Below, piece by piece: positions 45,377-55,633 of a stretch of DNA of 64,000 bases. The translations under genes were made by a program, and so were the position numbers. The notes beneath the pieces were generated by a model, which had not been told where the DNA came from, ran no database searches, and saw only the letters and a program-made list of their open reading frames with translations. Positions within the stretch are counted from its first letter, which is position 1; each line of letters begins with the position of its first letter. The DNA lies in NCBI GenBank assembly GCA_965223415.1, contig OZ245002.1:3680001-3744000 (forward strand). Direction: 5' to 3'. This stretch comes from Myxococcota bacterium (GTDB lineage Bacteria; Myxococcota_A; UBA9160; UBA6930).

Positions 45377-46845
45377 GTTCGAGTCGAGGTCGGCCCGGTT
45401 CCGTCCCGCGGGCCGGCGGAGCCCCGCTCCCCTGCCTGCATCTCCGCCAGCGCGTCCAGGTTCCGCGCGTGGTCGTCGCGGTCGATGCCGTAGCGAGAGA
45501 CGATCCAGAGCGCGAGCAGGCACAGCCCGATGTAGGCCGGGAGGAAGAGGGTCGCCAGGTCGAAGCGCACCTCCCAGGTCATCTGCTCGACGCTGCGGAT
45601 GCCGTCGAGGCCCACCAGGGAGACGAGGGTGCCGGCGCCGATGATGCCGCCGGCGGAGACGGCCTTGTTCGCGAAGCCGCGGGCCGCGTAGAAGAGGCCC
45701 TCCGAGCGGCGCTGGGTCGAGACTTCGCTGTCCTCGACGACGTCGGCCATCATCGAGTCGAGCAGCACGGCGCCGACCACCCAGCCTACCACCTCGGCCA
45801 CGATCAAGACCGAGTAGATGCCGAGGGAGAGCCAGCTCCCGATCGCCGGCCAGAAGCCCGCCAGGAGAAGGACGTAGGGCATCGGCACGAGCACGAGGCG
45901 CAGCAGCATCGCCGTGATGGCGGTCCGCGGCTTGCCGAACTGGCGCGCGAAGCGCGGCGCGGCCCAGTAGGCGATCACCGGGGAGGCCAGCACGAAGATG
46001 CCGGTCGTGGCGATCTGGGGGCCGGAGAAGCCGAAGAAGTAGGTCGTGTTGTACAGGTAGAGCGCGGTGCTGAGGCCGGTGGCCACGCCGATCGCGATGC
46101 CGTAGAAGAAGAGAGCCGCGAAGTGCGGGTTGCGCACGGACTGGAAGATCTGGCCGACCTCGCGCCCGATCTCCCGGAAGCGAAAGGTGTCAGTGGGGCG
46201 GGGGAGGGCGGCGGCGGCGCGCTGGGTGCCGAGTGCCGAGACGAGGATCGCGGCGGCGATGGTCAGCGCTCCCACCGTGCCGTAGACGAGGTAGCCCGCG
46301 GGCACGGTCACACCGTAGGCGCCGACCCAGAAGAAGAAGTTCAGGGTGTGGATGCCGTTGCCGCCGTACCAGCCGAAAGCGTGGCGCAGGGCCAGCCACT
46401 TGTTGCGCCGGTCGTAGTCCTGCTCGAGGTCCGGCAGCAGCGCCGTCGAGGGCACCTCGAAGAGCGTCGTGCCGGTGCGGATCAGGAGCGCGAGCACCAG
46501 CACGTACCAGAAGGTCGAGTCGGCATCGAGATCGAAGATCGGGTTGAAGAGCGCGTAGAAGGAGCCCGGCAGCAGCAACAGCGCGGCGTACATGAACGGG
46601 TGGCGGCGGCCGAGGCGCGAGCTCGTCTTGTCCGACCAGTGGCCGAGGAGCAGGTCCGACAGCGCGTCCCAGACCATCGCAATCGCCAGGGCCAGCGAGG
46701 CGAGGTAGCCGGGCACGCCCAGCACCTGGTTCGAGAAGATCAGCAGCAGGTAGCTGAACGCGTTGTCCTTGATCCCGTAGGCGATGGAGGCGGAGCCGTA
46801 GAACCAGAAGACCGGGCGCCGTTCGAGGGGCTCCTCCGCGGGCAC
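45373..46845 (-). CDS. MFS transporter, GPH (sugar:cation symporter) family
   Basis: WDALSD..G.WSD.T.SRLGRRHPF, DVVED......RSEG.F motifs. Confidence 0.9.
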   Translation of the reverse strand: MPAEEPLERRPVFWFYGSASIAYGIKDNAFSYLLLIFSNQVLGVPGYLASLALAIAMVWDALSDLLLGHWSDKTSSRLGRRHPFMYAALLLLPGSFYALFNPIFDLDADSTFWYVLVLALLIRTGTTLFEVPSTALLPDLEQDYDRRNKWLALRHAFGWYGGNGIHTLNFFFWVGAYGVTVPAGYLVYGTVGALTIAAAILVSALGTQRAAAALPRPTDTFRFREIGREVGQIFQSVRNPHFAALFFYGIAIGVATGLSTALYLYNTTYFFGFSGPQIATTGIFVLASPVIAYWAAPRFARQFGKPRTAITAMLLRLVLVPMPYVLLLAGFWPAIGSWLSLGIYSVLIVAEVVGWVVGAVLLDSMMADVVEDSEVSTQRRSEGLFYAARGFANKAVSAGGIIGAGTLVSLVGLDGIRSVEQMTWEVRFDLATLFLPAYIGLCLLALWIVSRYGIDRDDHARNLDALAEMQAGERGSAGPRDGTGPTSTRT

Positions 46846-47113
46846 GGCCGGCGTCGATGCATGGGTGGTCAGGGCGGCTCCCCTGGGATGGTGGTCCCGC
46901 AGGGTACCGCGGCCCCGCGGGCGCGGGTTCGGGGGCCGGTCGCAGGCCTGCCGGGCTCTCTACTCGTCGTCACGGGTCGTCCGTAGGCAAACCGCCATGG
47001 CGGCCCGGGCGGTCGCAACCGCCGCTGTCCCACGCGGCGGGCGGGCGTACACGTTCGCGTCGTATCACACACTGCGGATGCGGTCCGGCGTGGTTTCATG
47101 AAGTTGCCGCTCC

Positions 47114-47470
47114 ATGCCTGGCGGTGCGCGCCTGAGACCGGTGATTCTGTTCGCACTGCTCGCGGCGGGAACGGCTGCGGCCCCGTCCTGCCCGGGCGAG
47201 GAAGCCGAGCCGGCGCGCCGCATCGAGACCGGCGACCGCCTTCGCATCCGCGTGCTCCACCATCCGGTCCTCGACGTCCGCGCGGTCCGGGTCGCGTCGG
47301 ACGGTACCGTGGCGGTCCCGCGGGGGCCGCGGGTGAGGGCGGCGGGACTCACGCCGAGCCAGCTCGCGAGCGTCATCGAGACCGCCCTCGATCGCTACGT
47401 CGCCTACCGCGGCGCGGTCGTGCTCGTCCACGTCCTGGGCCCGCCGCCCGCCGAGAGCGGAGGCCCCTAG
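47114..47470 (+). CDS. Stand-alone polysaccharide biosynthesis/export (Wza N-terminal) domain protein
   Basis: GDRLRIRV...VRVASDGTVAVP...VRAAGLTPSQL pattern; signal peptide. Confidence 0.7.
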   Translation: MPGGARLRPVILFALLAAGTAAAPSCPGEEAEPARRIETGDRLRIRVLHHPVLDVRAVRVASDGTVAVPRGPRVRAAGLTPSQLASVIETALDRYVAYRGAVVLVHVLGPPPAESGGP

Positions 47471-48279
47471 TGCCGTCGATCGCGGACAATCGGGAACGCT
47501 GGGCATCCGATGCGGGCTGGGATCGGCGCTGCGGCGGCGAGCGCTGGTCCCGCCCGTGGGGCACGAGCGCCATGCAGTGGCGGGTCGGCGTGCTGCCTCG
47601 CATCGAGCCCTGGCTTCCCGCCGAGGTCGCCGTCGAGATCGCGCCCGGCCACGGACGCTTCAGTCGCCATCTGCGCCCGCATTGTGGCTCGCTCACCCTG
47701 GTCGATCTCGATCCCGGCTGTGTCGATGCCTGCCGGCGACGATTCGCCGGGGACGAGGGGGTCAGGTGCCTCCCGGGCGACGGCACCTCGCTTCGCGGCG
47801 TGGCCGACGGCTCCGTGGATCTGGTCTTCAGCTACGACTCGCTGGTCCACGCCGAGACCGATGCCATGAAGGGCTACGTCCGCGAGCTCGCCCGGGTCCT
47901 TCGGCCCGGTGGCGTCGCCTTCCTGCACCACTCGAATCTCGGGGCCCATCGTCGCTACTTCGGAGCCCTCGGGCACGTGCCGCGGGGTGCGCGTCGAGCG
48001 CTCGAGCGGCTGCGCGCTGTCGACCGGGACCGCTGGCGGGCGCCGAGCGTCGACGCGCGATGGATGCGCAACGCCGCCCGGCGCGAAGGGCTCGCCGTCC
48101 CCCTTCAGGAGTGCGTTCCCTGGCGCACCCGGCGCGCCATCGACTGCTTCTCCTGGCTGGAGAAGACCGACGATCACGGCGCGACCCGCGTCGTCGTCCA
48201 CCATCGCTTCATGGACGAGGCGGCGGTGGCCCGGCATCTCGCCTCTCTCGGGGTCGGTGACGAGAGGGGGCGGCCGTGA
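47470..48279 (+). CDS. Class I SAM-dependent methyltransferase
   Basis: VEIAPGHGR, VDLD, VDLVFSYDSLVH, RVLRPGG; GTG 47470. Confidence 0.85.
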   Translation: MPSIADNRERWASDAGWDRRCGGERWSRPWGTSAMQWRVGVLPRIEPWLPAEVAVEIAPGHGRFSRHLRPHCGSLTLVDLDPGCVDACRRRFAGDEGVRCLPGDGTSLRGVADGSVDLVFSYDSLVHAETDAMKGYVRELARVLRPGGVAFLHHSNLGAHRRYFGALGHVPRGARRALERLRAVDRDRWRAPSVDARWMRNAARREGLAVPLQECVPWRTRRAIDCFSWLEKTDDHGATRVVVHHRFMDEAAVARHLASLGVGDERGRP

Positions 48280-49052
48280 GCGGGCCGTCCCTGGTCCTGG
48301 CCGTCCCGTGCTTCGACGAGGCCGCGCGGCTCCCCCATGACACGCTCCTCGCGCTCGTGGGCAAACGCCCGACGCTCCACCTGCTGCTGGTCGACGACGG
48401 GAGCCGCGACGGAACGCTCGCTCTGCTGGAGAGGCTCGCAGCTGCGGCGCCGGAGCAGGTGAGCGTGCTGGCGCTCCCACGCAACCGCGGCAAGGGCGAA
48501 GCGGTGCGCGCGGGCCTCCTTTCCGGCCTCGCCCGGCGCCCGCGCTTCGTCGGGTTCTGGGACGCGGACCTGGCGACGCCGCTGGAGGCGGTCGACGCGC
48601 TCGTCGCCCACCTGGAGCGACACCCCGCGGTGTGGATGGCGATGGGCTCGCGGGTCCGTCTGCTCGGCGGCCAGGTCGAGCGCGGCGCTCTGCGCCACGG
48701 GTTGGGTCGGGCCGCCGCCACAGCGGCGGCGTGGCTCGTCGGCGAGCCGGTCTACGACACCCAGTGCGGCGCCAAGCTGCTGCGAGTCGGCCCGCACATC
48801 CGGCCACTCCTGGAGGAACCCTTCCTCACGCGCTGGACCTTCGACGTCGAGCTTCTGCTGCGCATCGCGGCGGCGCCCGGCGGGGAGCTGCTCCGCTGGC
48901 CCCTGGCGCGGCGGGTTCACGAGGTTCCGCTCTCCCAGTGGCGGGAGGTCGGAGGGAGCCATCTCGGTGTAGGGGCCCTGCTTCGCCTCCCGGTGGACCT
49001 GCTGCGCATCGGGCTCCGCTACGGGCGCGGCGGCCGGAGGGGCGCGCGATGA
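48276..49052 (+). CDS. Glycosyltransferase family 2 (polyprenol-phosphate glycosyltransferase-like)
   Basis: VPCFDE, VDDGSRD, NRGKG, DAD, DTQCGAK, FDVE motifs. Confidence 0.92.
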   Translation: MSGPSLVLAVPCFDEAARLPHDTLLALVGKRPTLHLLLVDDGSRDGTLALLERLAAAAPEQVSVLALPRNRGKGEAVRAGLLSGLARRPRFVGFWDADLATPLEAVDALVAHLERHPAVWMAMGSRVRLLGGQVERGALRHGLGRAAATAAAWLVGEPVYDTQCGAKLLRVGPHIRPLLEEPFLTRWTFDVELLLRIAAAPGGELLRWPLARRVHEVPLSQWREVGGSHLGVGALLRLPVDLLRIGLRYGRGGRRGAR

Positions 49053-50440
49053 CGTCGCCGTCCTTTCGTCGGGATCTCGCGCTCGTGGCCGCGGTAAGCG
49101 CCCTGGTGCTGTTCTTCGGCCTGGGCAGCGGCAGCCTGCGCGACTGGGACGAGGCGATCTACGCCCAGGTGGCGCGCGAGATGTTCGAGGCCGGCGACTG
49201 GCTCACGCCCCGGCTCGAGGGGCGAAGCTGGTTCCACAAGCCGCCCCTCTACCTGTGGCTCACGATCGCCGGCTATCACGTCTTCGGCGTGGGCGAGCTG
49301 GCGCCGCGGCTCGGATCGGCGCTGGCCGGCATCGCCGCCGTGGTCTTCGTCTTCCTCTTCGGGCGCCAGGCCTTCGGCCGTACCGCCGGCATCGTCGCCG
49401 CGGCTGCGTTCCTCGGCACGCCCCTCCTGCTCAAGCTCGCGAAGACCGGCATGCTCGACGTCCTGCTCACGGCGGCGTTCGCCGGCGCGTTCCTCGCCTG
49501 GTGGCGCTCGGAGCGGGAGCCCCGCTGGCTCCTCGCGGTGGGCGCGGCCCTCGGCGTGGCCGCGCTCACCAAGGGCGCCGCCGCCGGGCTCGGCGTGCTC
49601 GTACTGATGGCGCACCTCGTCGTGGCGGGTCGCTATCGCGTCTTCGCCTGCCCCTGGCTCTGGGGCGGCGTGGCGCTGGCCCTCGCCATCAGCGCGCCCT
49701 GGCACGTCCACCAGCTCGTGTTGCACGGCACGCCCTTCTGGGACGAGTACGTGGGCTATCACGTGATCTCTCGTGCCGGAGGATCGCTGGAAGGCAACAC
49801 GGGTGGGCCCGCGTTCCACCTTGCCGTCCTCGCCGACGAGGGGCGGCCCTGGTCGTGGCTCGCCGCGGTGACGCTTCCCTGGGCCGCCTGGAGCGCCTGG
49901 CGCACGGAGGCGAGCGCGCTCCGGCTGGTCGTGGCGTGGGCCGTCATCGGGCTGCTCCTGCCGAGCCTGATGTCCACCAAGATCGACTGGTACGTGCTGC
50001 CGGCGGTCCCCGCGCTGGCGCTCTCGATCGGCTGGGCCGCGCAAGCCGCGCTGGCAGAGCGTCACCACCCGAGGATCGTGGCCGTCGCGTTGCTGCTGCT
50101 CCTCGTGAGCGTCGCCACGACCAAACGGGTCTGGAACCTCGACTACAGCGGCGACGTGAAGCGCCTGGCCGAGGTCCACGGGCAGTTGGTGGGCCCCAGC
50201 GACAGGCTCTGCGTGTACCGCATGAGCCATCCGGCGCCGCGCTTCTACTTCGAACGGCGGGTGCGCAGCGTTCGCCGCTCGGACGACGAGCGCCTCGCCG
50301 AAATGCGTGCACGCACGCCCCGCCTGGTCTGCATCACGAAGGTACGGTTGCTGGAGGAGCTCACCGTCCTCGGGGCCGAGCCCCTGGCCCGGGAGGGGAA
50401 ACTCGCCCTGGCCGCATTCCCGGGCAGCCCGGAGCGATGA
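49049..50440 (+). CDS. ArnT/PMT-like GT-C glycosyltransferase
   Basis: DEAIYAQVAREM...GDWLTP, HKPPL..W, LTKG; many TM segments; ATG 49049. Confidence 0.9.
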   Translation: MTSPSFRRDLALVAAVSALVLFFGLGSGSLRDWDEAIYAQVAREMFEAGDWLTPRLEGRSWFHKPPLYLWLTIAGYHVFGVGELAPRLGSALAGIAAVVFVFLFGRQAFGRTAGIVAAAAFLGTPLLLKLAKTGMLDVLLTAAFAGAFLAWWRSEREPRWLLAVGAALGVAALTKGAAAGLGVLVLMAHLVVAGRYRVFACPWLWGGVALALAISAPWHVHQLVLHGTPFWDEYVGYHVISRAGGSLEGNTGGPAFHLAVLADEGRPWSWLAAVTLPWAAWSAWRTEASALRLVVAWAVIGLLLPSLMSTKIDWYVLPAVPALALSIGWAAQAALAERHHPRIVAVALLLLLVSVATTKRVWNLDYSGDVKRLAEVHGQLVGPSDRLCVYRMSHPAPRFYFERRVRSVRRSDDERLAEMRARTPRLVCITKVRLLEELTVLGAEPLAREGKLALAAFPGSPER

Positions 50441-52017
50441 GCGCGCCCGCGCGCGCGCAGGACGCGTTCCTGCTCCTCCTGTCCGGCCTCTTCGTGCTCG
50501 TCGCGACGGAGCTCGTCCTGGCCCAGGGTCATACCCTGGCTGCGAACGGACGTTGGGTCGTCACGAAGATGGACCTGGAGCGCGCCGTACCCGGCGCCAC
50601 CGCCGCCTTCCTCACGCGGCCCGCCCTGGCGCGGCATCGCCTCAACCTCGGCGTGTGGCACGCCTTCCAGGAGGTGGTGCAGGTCGAGCCCTGGGATCCG
50701 GATCGGGTGGGCTACTCCGTCTCCTTGTCCGACGAGGAGTACGTGGCCATGACGCTTCGGGCCGGCGTGCGCGCCCAGCCGGAGGCGCCGTTGGTGGGGC
50801 TTCGCGTCAGCCGCCACCCGGACTTTCCCTCGATGTGTCTGCGCGGTGACGCCTCGGGTCGCTTCGCGGAGCGGGCGCCGCTTCCTCCCCGCGAGCTCGC
50901 CGCCGGCTGGCATCGGCTCGACGTGGAGCGGACGCGGGACGGGCTCGCGGTGTCGATCGACGGCGCGCCCTGGGGCCGCTGCTCGATGGCGCTCCCGGGG
51001 CCGGTGCACATGGGCTTCCGGACGGGTCGCGGCAAGCGCGCAGCCGTCGACGACATCGTGCTGAGCCGCCACGGAGAGGTTCTGAGCCAGGAGGGCTTCC
51101 GCCCGGCCGGCTGGCGGCGGGTCGCGGTCGGGGTCGGTGCGGGGACCGGCCTCTCGATCGCGCTGCTGGCTCTCGCTTCGACGTGGCTGGGAGGCGCTTC
51201 GGGGCGCGAGACGCGGCTGCGGCTCCTGACGGCGGTCGGCACCGTGCTCGCGATCGCGACGCTCGTCTGCGCCGTAGACCACTTCGTACTGTCCCGGCGC
51301 CACCCGGAGCGCGTCGACTTCCGCCACTTCGAGAGCCGCATCGCGACGGAGCAGGACGTGCTGGATCGAATCGACGCGCGCTCCCGCGAGCCGCTGGCTC
51401 CGGACGCCCGGCGGATCCTCTTCCTCGGCTCCTCCCAGACCTGGGGCGCAGGCGCGCGCCTCGACGCGGACCGCTGGACGGCGCGGGTCGCGGCCGCCCT
51501 GCGACGCTCCGGGCCCGATCACGGAAGCGAGCTCGACCTGGACGTGATCGAGGCCGGCGTGCCCGGCTCCCACAGCGGGCGTCTCGTGGAGCTCTTCCTC
51601 GAGCGATGGATCGGCCTCGATCCGGAGGTGGTCGTCGTCCTGCTCGCGAACAACGACCACGATCCCGCCGTTCTCACGGCGAACCTGAGCCGGCTGGTCG
51701 AGGCGAGCCGGCGCGCGGGGATCCGCGTCCTCTTCCTGCTCGAGCCGAACACCATCGAGGGCGCCAAGAGTCTCGCCAAGCTGCGCCGACGACACGACGC
51801 GATGCGGGCGCTGGGAGAGGAGCTGGCCGTGCCCGTGATCGACCTCCAAGCGTGGCTGAGCGCGCGCCACGACCAGGGCTTCCTGTGGTGGGATCGCGTC
51901 CATCTCACCTCTTTCGGCCAGGAGCTCTTCGCCGAAGGCGTCCTGCAGCATCGCGACCTGCTGCTCGGCGGCCGATTCAGCGCTGCCCGACGCCAAGCTC
52001 CCGAGCCGGGTCGCTGA
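50437..52017 (+). CDS. Membrane protein with beta-sandwich-like domain and C-terminal SGNH/GDSL hydrolase
   Basis: FLGSSQTWG, GVPG, ANND, DRVH blocks; ATG 50437. Confidence 0.75.
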   Translation: MSAPARAQDAFLLLLSGLFVLVATELVLAQGHTLAANGRWVVTKMDLERAVPGATAAFLTRPALARHRLNLGVWHAFQEVVQVEPWDPDRVGYSVSLSDEEYVAMTLRAGVRAQPEAPLVGLRVSRHPDFPSMCLRGDASGRFAERAPLPPRELAAGWHRLDVERTRDGLAVSIDGAPWGRCSMALPGPVHMGFRTGRGKRAAVDDIVLSRHGEVLSQEGFRPAGWRRVAVGVGAGTGLSIALLALASTWLGGASGRETRLRLLTAVGTVLAIATLVCAVDHFVLSRRHPERVDFRHFESRIATEQDVLDRIDARSREPLAPDARRILFLGSSQTWGAGARLDADRWTARVAAALRRSGPDHGSELDLDVIEAGVPGSHSGRLVELFLERWIGLDPEVVVVLLANNDHDPAVLTANLSRLVEASRRAGIRVLFLLEPNTIEGAKSLAKLRRRHDAMRALGEELAVPVIDLQAWLSARHDQGFLWWDRVHLTSFGQELFAEGVLQHRDLLLGGRFSAARRQAPEPGR

Positions 52018-53146
52018 GCCACGCCGCAAGCCGCTCCGCCACCCGCGCATGCCCGGCCGGCGTCCAGTGGCCGTCCTCCGGGTAGAAGGCGCTCGCCCGC
52101 TCGTCCTCGCCGAACAGCTCCGCCGAGTCCAGGCAGGCGGGGCCGGCGGCGGCGCAGTCGGCGTGGAGGGCCTCGAGGACGCCGGGCTCGTAGGCGCGGG
52201 TGTCGTCGAAGCTCACCAGCAGCCGGAGGATGGGCGCACCCAGCGAGCGGGCGCGCGCCTCGATCGCCGCGCGCAGGTGCCGGTGGTAGAGGAGCCGCAG
52301 CTCGGCGCTCGTCCCGAGGCCCTGCTGCAGCTCCGCGGCGGTGAGCTCCCCCAGGCGGCGGCCCTCCAGGACGGCCTCGGCGCCGACGTTCGCCTCGGCC
52401 GCCTGCTCCCGCCGGTAGCGGAGGTAGAGCTTGGTGAGGCGGAAGCGCAGCGCGTTCCACAGGTAGGAGTGCCCGCGCAGCCAGCCCTCTCCCGGAAACG
52501 CCAGGCCGGGCACACCGTCCACGGTTCGCAGGCGCCCGCGGTGGTCGACCATGCGGTGGGTCGAGCGGGCGCGGGTCGGCAGGAGGTCCTCGTCGAGCTG
52601 GAGCTCCTTCCAGCGCAGGTCGTCCGGGTCGTTCTCGGTCTCGGCCAAGAGCACCAGGTGCGGCGCCAGCTCCTGACCGCGCTGCGAGAGCAGGATCAGC
52701 TGGTCGTCGGCGCTCCAGCCCGGCACGCCGGTGTTCCACACCTCCAGGGGGCCGGCGCCCGTGCGAAGGGTCTGCTCGAGGCGGGCGCCGAAAGTCTCCT
52801 CGTACTCGACGCCCCAGCCGAAGGCGAAGGAATCGCCCAGCAGCAGGATGCGAGGGCGCTCCGCCGTCTGTCCCGGCGTCGCTGGCGCCGTCCGCTCGGG
52901 TCCCCGCAGGCCCAGCTCGTTCACGTCGACCTGCACCTGGAAGTTCGCCGTGGCATGGACGGCGCTCGCGCCCTCCCGCAGGGCGTAGGGGAGGGCCGCG
53001 TCCGGTCGGAACGGATTGAAGCGGTAGGCGACGCCGTCGTCCTCGGTCTTGATGCCGCTCAGGTCCGGGAGGGCGCGAAACAGCGCCTCGGCCGCCAATA
53101 GGCTGACAACGGTCGACACCAGGACGAGCAGCAGCTTGCCGAGCAC
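51977..53146 (-). CDS. SGNH/GDSL hydrolase family protein
   Basis: LLGDSFAFG, NTGVPG, END, DGHWTPAGH motifs. Confidence 0.88.
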   Translation of the reverse strand: MLGKLLLVLVSTVVSLLAAEALFRALPDLSGIKTEDDGVAYRFNPFRPDAALPYALREGASAVHATANFQVQVDVNELGLRGPERTAPATPGQTAERPRILLLGDSFAFGWGVEYEETFGARLEQTLRTGAGPLEVWNTGVPGWSADDQLILLSQRGQELAPHLVLLAETENDPDDLRWKELQLDEDLLPTRARSTHRMVDHRGRLRTVDGVPGLAFPGEGWLRGHSYLWNALRFRLTKLYLRYRREQAAEANVGAEAVLEGRRLGELTAAELQQGLGTSAELRLLYHRHLRAAIEARARSLGAPILRLLVSFDDTRAYEPGVLEALHADCAAAGPACLDSAELFGEDERASAFYPEDGHWTPAGHARVAERLAAWLSDPARELGVGQR

Positions 53147-53158
53147 GGAGGAGCCGGG

Positions 53159-53773
53159 CTAGAGCAAGGCGAAGAGCATCAGCGCGCTGCCGAGCCCGAG
53201 CCCGCCGGCGCGGCGCAGCTTGTCGCCGGTGATCCCGCGGAGCGCTTCCGCACCGGGAACGCCGGTGAAGGCGCGCAGGATCACGGGCAGCTCCACCGTC
53301 GTCGCGAAGACGGCGAAGCCCACGCCGCCGCACTGCAGGGCCACCTGCCCGGGCGTCTCCCCCGGCAGGAGCGCGAACCAGGCCAGCGCCGCCGCCCAGT
53401 GGGCCAGGTTCCCGCCGACGCTCATGGCGCGGAAGTGCTCTTCCCCGCTGCGGGCGAAGTCGTAGACGAACAGCGGCACCAGGTTCCGGGCCGGTGCGAT
53501 GGGCGCCGTGCCGCCGGTCAGGCGCGCGCCGGCGAAGTGGCCCCACTCGTGGGCCAGGGACGTCACGCCTGCACCGACGAGCAGGCCGCCCAGCACCGAG
53601 AGCACGGCGCCGAAGACGCTCCCGGTGGCGAGGGTCCAGGCGTCGGCGCCGCCCCAGATCGAGAGCAGGGCCAGGGCGATGGCGACGTCCCGCAGCGCGA
53701 CGGTAGAGAGGGAGGAAGCGTCGGCGGGCGCGGCGTCCTGGGACGCCTCGGCCTCCTGCGTAGTGGCGGTCAT
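53159..53773 (-). CDS. Hypothetical membrane protein with HExxH motif
   Basis: Several TM segments; LAHEWGHFAGARL; GAGG RBS. Confidence 0.7.
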   Translation of the reverse strand: MTATTQEAEASQDAAPADASSLSTVALRDVAIALALLSIWGGADAWTLATGSVFGAVLSVLGGLLVGAGVTSLAHEWGHFAGARLTGGTAPIAPARNLVPLFVYDFARSGEEHFRAMSVGGNLAHWAAALAWFALLPGETPGQVALQCGGVGFAVFATTVELPVILRAFTGVPGAEALRGITGDKLRRAGGLGLGSALMLFALL

Positions 53774-53791
53774 GGGGTCCTCACGGCTCGG

Positions 53792-55045
53792 TCAGTGGGC
53801 GGAAGGCGGCGGTGCCTGTCCCTTCTTCGCGTACAGGGCCTTGCGCAGCGTGGGGCTGGTCACGCCCTCGGGAATCTCGGTGAGGGGCTCGGCCACGTCC
53901 TTCGGCATCACCGCCGCGCGGGCCGCGTGGGGCCGGAGCTTCTCGAGATCGAAGGCGTAGAAGGCCGCGGCGTTGCCGCCGAGGAGCCCGCGCACCTCCG
54001 CCTCCTCGAGCCCGGCGTGGGCCAGGCGCATGGCGTAGCGCGAGAACGGGAAGCTCCCCTCGTAGTGCGGGTAGTCATTCCCCCAGCACACCTTGTCGAT
54101 GCCGACCTCGTAGCGCCCCTCGATCTCGCTCTGGCCGGGGAAGCTGGTGCCGTACCAGCAGTTGCGCTTGGCGTAGAAGCTCGGCGGCTCGGGCAGGGCC
54201 TGTACCTGCGAGTAGTCCATCTCCCCCATCATGCCCGCCTGGATGCCCTCGTGGATCCTGTCCATGCGCTGGAGCAGCTCCGGCACCCACTGGCAGCCGG
54301 CCTCGGTGAGGATGTAGCGGAGCTTCGGGAAGCGCTCGAAGACGCCGCCCCAGATCAGCGACTTGATCCCGCGCTGGGAGAAGAAGCCCACCTCCTGGAT
54401 CCACAGCGGGTGGGCCGCCGGGTAGGGGCCGTAGTCCGGCGCGCCGATGCCCGAGTGCTGGTTCACCGGCATGTCGAGGTCCTGGATCACCGTCCACAGC
54501 CGGTCGTACTCCGGCGCGTAGAGCGGAAGGAGATCGGCCCGGTCGTCCGGTGGCTGCGGCAGCAGCACGCCGCCGCGCAGCCCGTGCTCGGCGATCCACC
54601 GGACGTCCTCGATGGCGTCGTCGATGTCGTTCAGGTGGATGAGCCCGATGCCCGCGCGCCGCTCCGGCGCCACCGCGCAGAAATCGACCAGCCAGCGGTT
54701 GTGGGCGCGGGTGCCCGCTCGCCACAGCTCGTACTGCTCGGCGGTGGGCGGGGCGCAGATGTGGAAGGCCTTCGGGTAGAAGGGGGGCACCGTGTTCGGG
54801 AAGACGACCTCGGCGACCACGCCGTCGGCCTCGAGATCGGCGAAGCGCTCCTCGCTGTCCCAGTTCTTCGTCTTCTTGCCGCCGATGTGCTGCTTCGACG
54901 GGTTCTTGTAGCCGCCCCGCCACTCGTCGAAGCGCTCCCGGAACCGGGGGTCCAGGTACTCGCGATAGGTAGCGAGGTTGGCGCCGGCGTGGGTGTCGGC
55001 CGTGATCACGACGTAGGGCTCGTCGCTGTAGGCGGCGTCGCTCAT
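53792..55045 (-). CDS. Amidohydrolase family protein
   Basis: ITADTH, E..FPN, NQHSG, FERFPKL...TE, WGNDYPH.EG; ATG 55045. Confidence 0.9.
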   Translation of the reverse strand: MSDAAYSDEPYVVITADTHAGANLATYREYLDPRFRERFDEWRGGYKNPSKQHIGGKKTKNWDSEERFADLEADGVVAEVVFPNTVPPFYPKAFHICAPPTAEQYELWRAGTRAHNRWLVDFCAVAPERRAGIGLIHLNDIDDAIEDVRWIAEHGLRGGVLLPQPPDDRADLLPLYAPEYDRLWTVIQDLDMPVNQHSGIGAPDYGPYPAAHPLWIQEVGFFSQRGIKSLIWGGVFERFPKLRYILTEAGCQWVPELLQRMDRIHEGIQAGMMGEMDYSQVQALPEPPSFYAKRNCWYGTSFPGQSEIEGRYEVGIDKVCWGNDYPHYEGSFPFSRYAMRLAHAGLEEAEVRGLLGGNAAAFYAFDLEKLRPHAARAAVMPKDVAEPLTEIPEGVTSPTLRKALYAKKGQAPPPSAH

Positions 55046-55082
55046 GGGCTCCTCCGAGCTTCGCACCCATGGTATCGCGATC

Positions 55083-55577
55083 TCAGAACAGCTCCCGCTG
55101 ACGCGAGCGCTCGTCCACGGCCAGCTCGAAGCTCCGCAGCCAGGCCACGTACTCCTCCGGCAGGCCGTGGTGGCGGGCGCCGGTCAGGAGCAGGCCCAGG
55201 TAGCGGCGGGAGGGCTTGCGGCCGGCCACGCTCCGGGTGGAGTGGTAGGTGAAGGCGTCGAAGGGAGCGCCGTCGCCCTCGGGCACCAGGGCCACGGGGC
55301 GACGCAGGTAGGCGCCCCGGTGCACGCCCTCGGTCCGGTCGAGCCGCGCCGCCTCCGGCACGTCGATGCGGTAGGCGACGCCCCATACCTCGCGTCCCGG
55401 AACCGGGACGACGTTGGCGACGGCCCGCTCGCCGTGTCCGATGGGTAGGTCGAAGCGCAGCTCGTAGGCATCGAGCCGCGCAACCCGCGCTTCGTGCGGG
55501 CGCATTCGTCGCCGGCCCAGGAACGTGCGCGGATCCATGTTCGAGCCGTAGCCGAAGTACCAGACCGTGGCGTCCAC
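55083..55577 (-). CDS. Gamma-glutamylcyclotransferase family protein
   Basis: YFGYGSNM, VWGVAY, LD..EG, PSRRYL motifs. Confidence 0.9.
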   Translation of the reverse strand: MDATVWYFGYGSNMDPRTFLGRRRMRPHEARVARLDAYELRFDLPIGHGERAVANVVPVPGREVWGVAYRIDVPEAARLDRTEGVHRGAYLRRPVALVPEGDGAPFDAFTYHSTRSVAGRKPSRRYLGLLLTGARHHGLPEEYVAWLRSFELAVDERSRQRELF

Positions 55578-55633
55578 CCGGGCCAGCCTACCGCGCCCTT
55601 CCGGCGCCTCCGAGCCGATGGCATACTCCTCCG

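Noticed and set aside
46845..46883. Second CTG start (MFS transporter; GGGGAG 5 nt before an in-frame CTG)
   Set aside because: An in-frame GTG at 46845 already precedes the conserved region, so a non-canonical start is not needed
46960..47060. Possible c-di-GMP-I riboswitch (GGCAAACC...CGCAA) upstream of the polysaccharide-export gene
   Set aside because: The GNRA tetraloop and receptor architecture are missing; it would need an Infernal hit to accept
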